A stretch of DNA of 64,000 nt, from positions 1,312,001-1,376,000 of the forward strand of contig JBLWTJ010000001.1 in the NCBI GenBank assembly GCA_048270185.1, written 5' to 3'. Of the stretch, positions 46,836-55,681 are shown piece by piece (position 1 is the first letter of the stretch; each line of letters starts with the position of its first letter). The position numbers and the translations under genes are program-made. The notes below the pieces were generated by a model. It was not told where the DNA came from and did no database searches. It was given only the letters and a program-made list of their open reading frames with translations. The stretch comes from Bacteriovoracaceae bacterium (GTDB lineage: Bacteria; Bdellovibrionota; Bacteriovoracia; Bacteriovoracales; Bacteriovoracaceae).

Positions 46836-48224
46836 TTAAAAGTTGATTGATCTACCTTTAGCGTTTAACACAGACTCAGCTAGGAATTCTCCTAGAGTTG
46901 GGTGTGGGTGAATTGTTGCAAACATTTCTTCATCAACACCTTCCATTTGTCTAAATAGTACAAATTCGTGAATTAACTCTGTTGCATGAGTTCCAACAAT
47001 GTGAGCACCAAGCATTTCTCCATCTTCACCCATAAGAGTTTTAACAAACCCTTCAGTTTCATTAGAGGCCATTGCTTTCCCATTTGCTGAGAATGGTACC
47101 TTACCTACTGAGTATTTAATTCCTTGTTCTTTAAGGGCTTTTTCAGTGTAACCAACAGATGCAACTTGTGGCTGACAGTAAGTACAACCAGCAACATTCA
47201 TCTTATCTAATGGATGTGGGTGAAGTCCCGCAATCGCTTCAGCAGCAATAATACCTTCGTGAGAAGCTGCGTGTGCTAGAAGAGGTGGACCTGCAAGGTC
47301 ACCAATAGCATAGATATTTGGTACATTTGTTTGATAAGTATCGTTAACAACAACGAAACCACGATCTGTCTGAACACCAACAGTTTCAAGACCGATACCT
47401 TCGATATTACCAGTCATACCAACAGCGATAAGACCCATATCAAATGTGTGCTCAGTTGTTTGACCACCTTTTACTTCAGTAATTGTTACATTACTTCCGT
47501 TATTTCTAGCAGATACTTTTTCGACACCAAGTGACTGCTTGATTCCATACTTCTTATAAGCTTTCTCAACAACTTTAGAAGATTCTTCATCTTCGATTGG
47601 AAGTAGATGCTTTTGAAGTTCAAAGATATGAACATCAACACCAAATGCATTCCAGAAGTAAGCAAACTCAACACCGATAGCACCAGCTCCGATGATCCCG
47701 ATTGACTTTGGAAGCTCTTCCATTTTAATCGCTTCCCAAGCTCCGATAAGTCTCTTTCCATCGTGCTCAAGGCCAGGGAAAGAACGATAGTGAGCACCAG
47801 TTGCAAGGATAATATTAGTCCCTTCAATTGTCTCAGTATGTCCACGAGTTGAAAGTACTTCAACTTGTGTGTTTGAACGAAGCTTACCGTAACCTTCGAT
47901 CACTTCAATTTTGTTCTTCTTCATTAGGTAAGCAACACCACCAGAAATCTTTGCAGAAATTCCTTTAGCGCGTTTAACGGCCTTACCACCGTCTAAACCC
48001 TTAAGTTCAACATCAATTCCAAGATCTTTCATCTCAGCAATTTCGTGTACACTGTGAGCAGCTTTTAGAACTGCTTTCGTTGGGATACAACCACGGTTAA
48101 GACAAACACCACCAAGTTCTTTACTTTCAACGATAGCAGTCTTTTTCCCTAGTTGTGCGGCACGGATAGCAGCGACATAGCCACCAGGTCCAGAACCAAT
48201 AACAATAACATCAAATTTCTTCAT
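46836..48224 (-). CDS. lpdA: Dihydrolipoamide dehydrogenase
   Basis: GSGPGGY, GGVCLNRGCIPTK and HPHPTLGE. Confidence 0.96.
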   Translation of the reverse strand: MKKFDVIVIGSGPGGYVAAIRAAQLGKKTAIVESKELGGVCLNRGCIPTKAVLKAAHSVHEIAEMKDLGIDVELKGLDGGKAVKRAKGISAKISGGVAYLMKKNKIEVIEGYGKLRSNTQVEVLSTRGHTETIEGTNIILATGAHYRSFPGLEHDGKRLIGAWEAIKMEELPKSIGIIGAGAIGVEFAYFWNAFGVDVHIFELQKHLLPIEDEESSKVVEKAYKKYGIKQSLGVEKVSARNNGSNVTITEVKGGQTTEHTFDMGLIAVGMTGNIEGIGLETVGVQTDRGFVVVNDTYQTNVPNIYAIGDLAGPPLLAHAASHEGIIAAEAIAGLHPHPLDKMNVAGCTYCQPQVASVGYTEKALKEQGIKYSVGKVPFSANGKAMASNETEGFVKTLMGEDGEMLGAHIVGTHATELIHEFVLFRQMEGVDEEMFATIHPHPTLGEFLAESVLNAKGRSINF

Positions 48225-48399
48225 AAAAATATTTCCTCAAACTATTGACCATAAGGCCTATAATCAGTAATAAAAGTTAAGATTTAAGGTTCTTCAACGT
48301 ACTAAAATTATTTAAAATTGGCATGACACGTTGCCACGATCTGTTAATATTTACAAATCGTTGTAACCCTCCTCTACAAGCCAGCTTAAAGGGTTTACT

Positions 48400-49251
48400 A
48401 TCAATTTTACACAGAGCGAAATTAAAAATATCAATAAGTATTTCCCTGAAGGCCTTGTGGCCCTTGATTTAGAGACTTCAGGACTTTCTCCTTTAGTTGA
48501 CGAAATCATCGAGATTGCGGCTATTAAAGTCATAGGCAACAAAATAGAAACTTTTGAGACACTGATAAGGCCCAAAAACCCAATTCCACAATTTACAACA
48601 GATATTCATGGAATCACTGACGAAATGGTCAAGGATTCACCGGCCCTTGAAGACAAGCTTCCAGAGTTTCTAAATTTCATAGGAAATCATACACTTGTGG
48701 CCCATAATGCTAAATTTGATATTGGCTTTATTGTCTTCGGAATGCATAAACAGAACCTTGAGTTCCATAAAGCGAAAGTTTATTGCTCTTGTAAGCTTTC
48801 AAGAAAGTACGTCAAAGGTAGCGAGAACCACAAATTATCGACTCTGTGCAAGCACTTTGATATTCCACTGGAGAATCACCACCGTGCCCTCGATGATACC
48901 TATGCCTGCCTACGTGTCTTTGCCAAAACACTGGATAATGTAAAATCAAATCGCCAACTCAAAGAAGGCGAGATCTCAAACATCCAAGACTATAAGAAGG
49001 CCCGTATGAGTGAGGCCCCTGAACAGATTCAGGCCCTACAAAAATATATCGCAAAGCAAGAGATTATTGATATCAAATACAAGGGTGGAAGCTATAAGGG
49101 TAAGTTTAGACCAATAAAACCTGTTGCCCTACTCCCAATGCCGGCCGGAGATGTTCTCTATGCCCATTGCCTACTTACAGATATCTACAAATCATTTGCA
49201 ATTAAAAAGATCCAAGAAATTCGAGATCATGTTGAAAATGACGAGAAGTAG
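48400..49251 (+). CDS. DEDDh 3'-5' exonuclease (DnaQ-like) fused to a C-terminal WYL-like domain; proposed ATC start at 48400
   Basis: DLETSG, HNAKFD and HHRALDD. The C-terminal IKY..RPIKP.AL..LYAHC..KSFAIKKI matches the WYL pattern. The track start is GTG 48457. Confidence 0.82.
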   Translation: MNFTQSEIKNINKYFPEGLVALDLETSGLSPLVDEIIEIAAIKVIGNKIETFETLIRPKNPIPQFTTDIHGITDEMVKDSPALEDKLPEFLNFIGNHTLVAHNAKFDIGFIVFGMHKQNLEFHKAKVYCSCKLSRKYVKGSENHKLSTLCKHFDIPLENHHRALDDTYACLRVFAKTLDNVKSNRQLKEGEISNIQDYKKARMSEAPEQIQALQKYIAKQEIIDIKYKGGSYKGKFRPIKPVALLPMPAGDVLYAHCLLTDIYKSFAIKKIQEIRDHVENDEK

Positions 49252-49266
49252 TTATATAAAAGCGTC

Positions 49267-49509
49267 ATGCTAGCCGGAAAACCACTCTCATATAAAATCC
49301 AATTCGTTGTGATCTTCATTATTCACATAATCCTTCTCTATTGGATTTATTGGTTACTTCAAAATACTGGCGTTCTATCAACGACAGAAGTTATGCTTCA
49401 CTTTACAGGTATTGCAATTTACGGAGCCTCACTTATTAGAGGTTGTGCAGCCTGGGCCAAGTGGCATCACTTAAATGACCTCAAAAAAAATAATAACGAC
49501 AAAGAATAA
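49267..49509 (+). CDS. Small membrane protein (2 TM)
   Basis: 80-aa hydrophobic ORF coupled to the next gene. Confidence 0.6.
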   Translation: MLAGKPLSYKIQFVVIFIIHIILLYWIYWLLQNTGVLSTTEVMLHFTGIAIYGASLIRGCAAWAKWHHLNDLKKNNNDKE

Positions 49510-50438
49510 TGAGAACAGGTCTAAAGAATACCGATCAAATTAATGAATTCTTTGGTCTTAATTTAGAACCATCTCCTTTTGAAATCTTTATCCCCGATCA
49601 TATTAATGAGATTATTAGAAAAGAAGGATTTGATGGCATTCATGCCAAACAATTTCTTCCATCAAATATTGAACTTAGACAAGAAGGTCTTGAAGATCCA
49701 ATTGGAGATCAAGAGAAGTATGTCGCTCCACAATTAATCCACAGATATGACAATCGAGTTCTTTTTACTCCGACGACAATCTGTCCGGTTATCTGCCGTT
49801 ATTGTTTTAGAAAGAATGAGTTAAGTAGCAAGCATGAAATTTTTAAGGCCGACTTTGAGAAAGTCATCGCCTACTTAAAGTCTCACACAGAGATTAATGA
49901 GATTATCTTCTCGGGTGGCGATCCATTCATGTTGTCTGCTTCTAAAATCGATTTCTACTTAAATGAATTTAGTAAATTAGAGCATATTAAATTCATCCGC
50001 TTTCACACGAGAACTCCGGCCTCTCTTCCAAATTATATTGGTAAGGAACTAATCGAAGTTCTCAAGATTTATAAAAAAGTTTTTAACGATATTAATATTG
50101 TTATTCACATCAATCACAAAGATGAAATAACAAGTGATGTTAGAGATTGTATCGCAAGACTAGGAAGACACTTTCCACTGCTATCCCAATCAGTTCTCTT
50201 AAAAAGTGTGAATGATAATGTCGAAGATTTAAGTGATCTTATCTATTCTTTGCATGAGCTAGGTATTAGACCTTACTACCTTCATCATCCCGATCAGGCC
50301 AAGGGTGCCATGCACTTCTACTTATCACTTAGTGAAGGAAGACAAATCTATCAAAAACTTCGTCGCCAAGTTCCAGGCTGGCTTCTTCCTCAATATATTT
50401 TAGATTCTCCTGATGGCTCCGGTAAAAGAAATCCTTAA
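49509..50438 (+). CDS. KamA/EpmB-family radical SAM aminomutase
   Basis: HRYDNRVL, CPVICRYCFR, SGGDP, QSVLLK.VND, PYYLHHPD and a terminal GSGK. Confidence 0.88.
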   Translation: MRTGLKNTDQINEFFGLNLEPSPFEIFIPDHINEIIRKEGFDGIHAKQFLPSNIELRQEGLEDPIGDQEKYVAPQLIHRYDNRVLFTPTTICPVICRYCFRKNELSSKHEIFKADFEKVIAYLKSHTEINEIIFSGGDPFMLSASKIDFYLNEFSKLEHIKFIRFHTRTPASLPNYIGKELIEVLKIYKKVFNDINIVIHINHKDEITSDVRDCIARLGRHFPLLSQSVLLKSVNDNVEDLSDLIYSLHELGIRPYYLHHPDQAKGAMHFYLSLSEGRQIYQKLRRQVPGWLLPQYILDSPDGSGKRNP

Positions 50439-50475
50439 AAAGACAGGGGATTGCCATTTTTTTAACTTGTGACTA

Positions 50476-50504
50476 TTGACAAGTTTTTATCTCAGCAATA
50501 TATT
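50476..50504 (+). promoter_or_regulatory. Sigma-70 promoter of tRNA-Gly
   Basis: TTGACA-N17-TATATT. Confidence 0.7.
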
Positions 50505-50521
50505 TCTTCTCACTCAAATAC

Positions 50522-50597
50522 GCGCGTGTATCTCAGTTGGTAGAGAGCTGCCTTGCCATGGCAGATGTCGCAAGTTCGAACCTTGTCACGCGCTCCA
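50522..50597 (+). tRNA. tRNA-Gly (GCC)
   Basis: 76-nt cloverleaf: acceptor GCGCGTG/CACGCGC, anticodon stem CTGCC/GGCAG with loop TTGCCAT, T-loop TTCGAAC, U73 and encoded CCA. Confidence 0.97.
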
Positions 50598-50792
50598 CTT
50601 TTCTCATTTTTGATATTACAGACTCGTCGAAGATACGCAGCGCTGACGCTTGCTAATCATGCTGAACGCTCGCGCGTTCAGTATCACGCGCTCCACTTTT
50701 CTCATTTTTGATATTACAGACTCGTCGAAGATACGCAGCGCTGACGCTTGCTAATCATGCTGAACGCTCGCGCATTCAGTATCACGCGCTCC
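50586..50792. repeat. 98-bp tandem repeat (2 copies + 11 bp) beginning with the tRNA 3' end
   Basis: TCACGCGCTCC recurs at 50586, 50684 and 50782. The two units differ by one base. Confidence 0.93.
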
Positions 50793-50826
50793 TTGCACTA
50801 AAAAAAATGGTGGTATTTGCGTTCTT

Positions 50827-50881
50827 CGAACGCGCGGGACTTCGTCCCTTATGTGGTGCGAACGCGCGGGGCTTTCGCCCC
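50827..50881. repeat. Two REP-like hairpins in direct orientation
   Basis: CGAACGCGC-GGGAC-TTC-GTCCC and CGAACGCGC-GGGGC-TTTC-GCCCC. Confidence 0.7.
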
Positions 50882-50889
50882 TAGGTTCT

Positions 50890-51417
50890 TTAGTTACATT
50901 TTGAAATTTTACGAGCTTCAGAGTACTCATTTGGTCCGTCAATAAAGTCGATACTAATTGTATTGGCGTTTTTCACTTTATTATTATCAAACCATTCTTC
51001 GTCATAATTTAGTACATCGTCTGAGATCATCTGAGAAAGAAGTTTATTCGCTTCGGCTACATCACCATTAAAACATGTTTCAGTAACCCTAACGTCATAC
51101 CTAATATCTGAATAATCATTGAATTCAATATCTTCAAAGTAATTTATTTTCTTTTTCCCAACTTTAGCAATGAAAGCAGCATTAAATACTTTAAGTACTT
51201 GGTATTTTTCTTGGTATTTCTTAGCCTTTTCTAGCTTTGCTTTGAAGACTTTGTCATTTCCCGCTTTCTTTGCAGTAATAGCTTCAGCTAGGATCTCAAT
51301 TGCAACTTCGATTTGTTTTGTACTTGGATCCATTGTTACCATTGTTTTTGTCGTAGCAAGTCCTGCATTAGCAATTGATGAAACAAGAATTGTTCCTAAT
51401 AGAAAAATTGTTTTCAT
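50890..51417 (-). CDS. Exported hypothetical protein
   Basis: ATG 51417 after AGGGGA; signal peptide ending ANA. Confidence 0.7.
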   Translation of the reverse strand: MKTIFLLGTILVSSIANAGLATTKTMVTMDPSTKQIEVAIEILAEAITAKKAGNDKVFKAKLEKAKKYQEKYQVLKVFNAAFIAKVGKKKINYFEDIEFNDYSDIRYDVRVTETCFNGDVAEANKLLSQMISDDVLNYDEEWFDNNKVKNANTISIDFIDGPNEYSEARKISKCN

Positions 51418-51493
51418 GACATCCCCTAAATGTTGAAAATAGATATTTAGATATATCAATAAAAAAAGATGATGAAACGAGAGTATGTAATTA

Positions 51494-52126
51494 TTATACT
51501 AAGTTGTTAGAAGTTATAGTATGAATGCCTGGGCCACCTTTTATAGCGGCTTCCAGCATGGCCTTGGCAATCTGTGAAGCTGGATTGACTCTCATTGATT
51601 TAGGTATCACTGGAGCTAGGACAGACAAGATACTCTTTGCAATCTCTTCCCCAAGACGGTGCTCTTTTCGATCTCCTCCAATGAGGCCAGGGCGAACAAT
51701 GGTTAATGAATTAAACCCCAACTCTTTTAATCCCTCTTCGACTTCACCTTTGATTCGATTATAAAAAATAACTGAAGTTTGACTGGCTCCCATCGCCGAG
51801 TTTAAAACATAAGTACCAACACCGTTGTCCTTTGCGAGTTGAGCAAAAGTAAGAGGGTAATCCTTATCAACTTTTACGAAAGCTTCTTTTGTTTTTGCAG
51901 TCTTTATCGTTGTTCCAAGTGCACAGATAACGGCATCCACATTCCAACTTGAGAATTGGCCAGGTGATACATGATCAAAGTCGATTATCACTGTTTCTAG
52001 TTTTGGATCTTCAACAAGTTTTCGGCGTGTAGGAGCAATTACTTTTGATATTCGTGAATCAGCAAGGGCCTGTCTTAAAACATGACTCCCAACTAAACCT
52101 GTTGCTCCCAAAAGAAGAAGCCGCAT
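51494..52126 (-). CDS. NAD(P)-binding Rossmann-fold protein (YraR/TIP30-like)
   Basis: GATGLVG, CALGTT, YNRIKGEVE and RPGLI. Confidence 0.88.
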   Translation of the reverse strand: MRLLLLGATGLVGSHVLRQALADSRISKVIAPTRRKLVEDPKLETVIIDFDHVSPGQFSSWNVDAVICALGTTIKTAKTKEAFVKVDKDYPLTFAQLAKDNGVGTYVLNSAMGASQTSVIFYNRIKGEVEEGLKELGFNSLTIVRPGLIGGDRKEHRLGEEIAKSILSVLAPVIPKSMRVNPASQIAKAMLEAAIKGGPGIHTITSNNLV

Positions 52127-52127
52127 C

Positions 52128-52658
52128 CTATTTTTCCTTTACCCAAATAAAGCCACGAAACTCATTAAGTTTAAATCCTGTTGCCTGATCTTTGGGATAG
52201 AGAACTTTTATTTTTGAAGAAACAGGAGCCGAAACCGCTTGGCCATGACAAACTAAGCACTTTGCTTGAACGTAGAGTGGTTCTAGGTATACTCTCTTAT
52301 CATTTTTTAAGCGATGAACGATATATTTACTTGGAGCATTCTTAGGAGTCTTCCCTGAAAAATTAACTAAGTAGTTTTGCATCCATTCTTTTGGAGCATT
52401 TTCAGGATTACGAATTTTGTGTGATGTTCGCCCTACTTGATATTTTGAGAGACGATCACCCACAGCACTTTTCCCAATTGATTTAACATTAGCATGGCAA
52501 AAAGGAATGGCCTCAACGACACCGTCCTTCTTTATCTTTTCAGAGAGATTTTTAACAAGGTTTTGCTTTAAATCTTTTGTAATCCCTTGAGCGTCACTAA
52601 TGAAAGTATCAGCATATGTAATCGTTGAGAAAAAGAGAATTGAGATAAGTATTTTCAT
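52128..52658 (-). CDS. Periplasmic c-type heme protein (DUF3365/Tll0287-like)
   Basis: RTSHKIRNPENAP, CLVCH and YPKDQATGFK..FRG. Confidence 0.82.
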   Translation of the reverse strand: MKILISILFFSTITYADTFISDAQGITKDLKQNLVKNLSEKIKKDGVVEAIPFCHANVKSIGKSAVGDRLSKYQVGRTSHKIRNPENAPKEWMQNYLVNFSGKTPKNAPSKYIVHRLKNDKRVYLEPLYVQAKCLVCHGQAVSAPVSSKIKVLYPKDQATGFKLNEFRGFIWVKEK

Positions 52659-52791
52659 GTATACATTATCTCCTCCTATCGAAGTTTTAGCTAGTAAAAG
52701 AATGGGTTAATTGAAACACGCAACGCGCCATTTTCTTTTTTAAATTTACAATAAAGTCTAACTAAAGTTTAATTTTATAAACTAAATTCAT

Positions 52792-52815
52792 TCAATCAAT
52801 CAATCAATCAATCAA
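52792..52815. repeat. (TCAA)6 microsatellite
   Basis: Six perfect tetranucleotide units immediately upstream of the RBS of the 52826 gene. Confidence 0.9.
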
Positions 52816-52825
52816 TGGACACTCA

Positions 52826-55645
52826 ATGATTAAAAAATTAATTATCACAATACTAGCTTTTCTTAGTATTAACACCTACGCACAAGATTTCACACAATCA
52901 CAAAGTACACCACAAGATTGGGAAACTATTGAAAATGACTTTGTTCAAGTAATTTACCCAAAAGGTCACAAAGAAAAGGCCATCTATATGGCCAACTTAA
53001 TTGAGCACTATTCTCAGTACGTTGGTCTTAGTTACGAAATAAAAAAGCCTAAGAAAGTCGCCCTCATTTTTAGGCCGGAACGCGCGGAACCGAATGGATT
53101 CGTAACTCTCGCACCGAGAAGGACTGAATGGTTTGACTCAAGTAACTTCTTTGCTCACACAGGAACTCTAGAGTGGTTAGAAATACTATCAATTCACGAG
53201 TACCGCCACGTTCTACAATACGATGCCTTCACTAAGAATACTGTGCAATTTGCTGATGCTATATTTGGAGATTTCGGAGTTCAGATTCTCTCATTTCTTG
53301 CTCGTCAACCTTGGTATATGGAAGGAGACGCAGTTTACGCGGAGACAAAGTACACAGAAGCTGGCCGTGGTATTTCATCACGCTTTCTAACTAGACTAAA
53401 GGCCATTCTACTTGCAGGAGAAACGCCTACATACGATCAATTTGTAAGCGGTTCTTACAATGACAAACTAGTTAGCCATTACCTATTCGGTTATATTTTA
53501 ATTTCATATGGTTATAAGACTTATGGAGATAATTTTTGGAATGAGGTAAATAACAATGTTTCAAGAAGGCCATATCCAAACGGTATTGTCGGTGCCATTG
53601 AAAATGTATCAGGAGTTGACTTCTATGACTTCTACTACGCTGCTTTTGAAGATATTAGAAAGAAGTGGCAAAAGGATGCTTTTCCAGAGCTAGAGAAAGA
53701 AGAGTATCAAGTTAAGACAAATGCATATAAAGTTGGAAACAATACCTATTCAATTAACTATGACCTCAATAGTCACTTCACTTTAAAAAAAGGCGACAAG
53801 AAACTCACTGACCTAGCCTATCGCGAAGACCTAACAAGACTTGACTACAGTCAAAAACATGCTGTCTTTACTCAATTTGTACCCCACTGGCGTTATGGAT
53901 TTAAAGGTTACTCAGATCTAACTCTTATTGATCTTGAGGATGGAGATAAGTCTTATATTACAAGTGGTCTAAGACTCTATAACCCTCACTTTAATAAAGA
54001 TGGTTCAAAAATTCTGGCCACTCAATTTGATGATGACAATACTTGGATACTTAATGAGTTTGATACTGCGGGTAATTCTTTAAGAATTATAAAGAATAAG
54101 AACTATCGTTTCTTAGAAGGTGTCCCTTTAAACAATAAAGAAGCGATTGCAATTGCAACTCAAAAAGGTGGAGGAAAAACAATAGTCAAAGTTAATATGG
54201 CCACAGCACAAGTTACAACACTAGTGCCACTTTCTTTTAACAACTTCTACTGGCTTCAGTCGAATTTTAAAGATAGTGTCCTCTTTGAAGGTCAGTACCA
54301 AGGTGCCATTGAAGTATTTAAATTAAACGTTAAAACAAATACTCTCTACAAATGTACAGATAGTCGAATTGCAGCATTTGCGCCAAGCTTTTCAGGTTCT
54401 GATATTACATATTCTGAAGAAACGATTAACGGAAAAAGAATTGTGACGATTCCTCAATCACAATGTCGAACACTTCCAGTAAATGATCTTGTAGCAAAGA
54501 ATAAATGGCTTGATATGAATAGCCCAAGTGATAATTACAATAATTTTAAGGTGCAAAAATTTGATGATCGTCTCCAGATGTGGACAAAGAATTCAACAAA
54601 GTACGAAGCAGAGAAGAAAGAGTATAGTGGTTATGATTGGCGTGCCTTCACGCCACACTCTTGGAATTTCTTTGTAGGTGCAGGTTATGGACTCTCTCTC
54701 ACTTCAGATAATTATCTAAGAGACTTTGGTTGGAATTTAAACCTAGGTTACGAAGCGTTGGCCAATACACCTTACTCATCTGTTAAAATCGACTTTAAAC
54801 GCTATTGGCCAGTACTTAGCCTAATCGCTGATATTAGAGAGAGAGAAGTTGATGAATTTGGAAGTATTAACGAACTTGGATGGGATCAAACTTCATATGG
54901 CCTACAAGTCGAACTCCCTTTCCTTGGTCGACAAAATCTCTATACTCTCTCTGCAGCCGTTGGATATAGTGCAGAACAAGTAATAACAAAAGACTATACA
55001 TTAAATGAAGTGGAACAATCTGGTAAGGCAGACTTTATCAAGCAAACGACATATTTAGAACTAGCAATAGCAAAAGACTTTACTGCCAGATCAATTATCT
55101 CTCCTTGGAGTGCTTCATTACTAGGGATGTATCAAGATGCTGACACAGATGATACAACAGGACTAACGAAAGACTATCGATGGTTTGGTCAATTTAAATT
55201 AACAACTCCTGGCCTATTTAGAAATAACGGTATTAAGTTTGTAGTTTCGGGAGAAAAATATGGAGATGGAAATGGTTATCGTTTTCAACCGGCTTCTGAT
55301 GAGATCGTAGGAAATACACTCTCTCGTGGTTATGAGTACTTTGCCACTCACAGATATGTTAAAACAAGTACAAATTACTTATTCCCTCTTTTTTATCCTG
55401 ATTACAATCTTAAGGCGTTTATGTACTTTAAAAGAATCTACATGAATCTCTTCTATGATAATACTGAATTCTACACAACTAAAAACTCAAAAAGCCGTCA
55501 TATCAGCAGTTATGGAACAGAATTAATTTTTAATACCGTAGTCTTTAGAGCACTACCAATCGATTTTGGTATTCGATATTCAAAGATGCATGAGATTGAT
55601 GATGATGAAGTAAAATTATTTTTAGGAACAGATCTTAGTTTTTAA
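52826..55645 (+). CDS. Outer-membrane protein: Zn-metallopeptidase domain + beta-propeller + probable C-terminal beta-barrel
   Basis: Signal peptide, HEYRH..WYMEGDA gluzincin motif, propeller repeat (NPHFNKDGSKI), amphipathic beta strands and a terminal Phe. Confidence 0.75.
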   Translation: MIKKLIITILAFLSINTYAQDFTQSQSTPQDWETIENDFVQVIYPKGHKEKAIYMANLIEHYSQYVGLSYEIKKPKKVALIFRPERAEPNGFVTLAPRRTEWFDSSNFFAHTGTLEWLEILSIHEYRHVLQYDAFTKNTVQFADAIFGDFGVQILSFLARQPWYMEGDAVYAETKYTEAGRGISSRFLTRLKAILLAGETPTYDQFVSGSYNDKLVSHYLFGYILISYGYKTYGDNFWNEVNNNVSRRPYPNGIVGAIENVSGVDFYDFYYAAFEDIRKKWQKDAFPELEKEEYQVKTNAYKVGNNTYSINYDLNSHFTLKKGDKKLTDLAYREDLTRLDYSQKHAVFTQFVPHWRYGFKGYSDLTLIDLEDGDKSYITSGLRLYNPHFNKDGSKILATQFDDDNTWILNEFDTAGNSLRIIKNKNYRFLEGVPLNNKEAIAIATQKGGGKTIVKVNMATAQVTTLVPLSFNNFYWLQSNFKDSVLFEGQYQGAIEVFKLNVKTNTLYKCTDSRIAAFAPSFSGSDITYSEETINGKRIVTIPQSQCRTLPVNDLVAKNKWLDMNSPSDNYNNFKVQKFDDRLQMWTKNSTKYEAEKKEYSGYDWRAFTPHSWNFFVGAGYGLSLTSDNYLRDFGWNLNLGYEALANTPYSSVKIDFKRYWPVLSLIADIREREVDEFGSINELGWDQTSYGLQVELPFLGRQNLYTLSAAVGYSAEQVITKDYTLNEVEQSGKADFIKQTTYLELAIAKDFTARSIISPWSASLLGMYQDADTDDTTGLTKDYRWFGQFKLTTPGLFRNNGIKFVVSGEKYGDGNGYRFQPASDEIVGNTLSRGYEYFATHRYVKTSTNYLFPLFYPDYNLKAFMYFKRIYMNLFYDNTEFYTTKNSKSRHISSYGTELIFNTVVFRALPIDFGIRYSKMHEIDDDEVKLFLGTDLSF

Positions 55646-55651
55646 AATATT

Positions 55652-55677
55652 GGGCCCGCACTTAGCGGGCCTTTTTT
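55652..55677 (+). terminator. Rho-independent terminator
   Basis: GGCCCGC..GCGGGCC followed by T6. Confidence 0.8.
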
Positions 55678-55681
55678 AAAA

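Noticed and set aside
48319..48336. Sigma-54 promoter
   Set aside because: GG-to-GC spacing is 11 nt on both strands rather than 10; kept only as a palindrome.
50586..50792. CRISPR array
   Set aside because: The units are identical along their length with no unique spacers, the 98-bp period is atypical, and there are no cas genes in the window.
50598..52658. Prophage or genomic island at tRNA-Gly
   Set aside because: No integrase or phage genes, and I noticed no distal copy of the tRNA 3' end beyond 50792.
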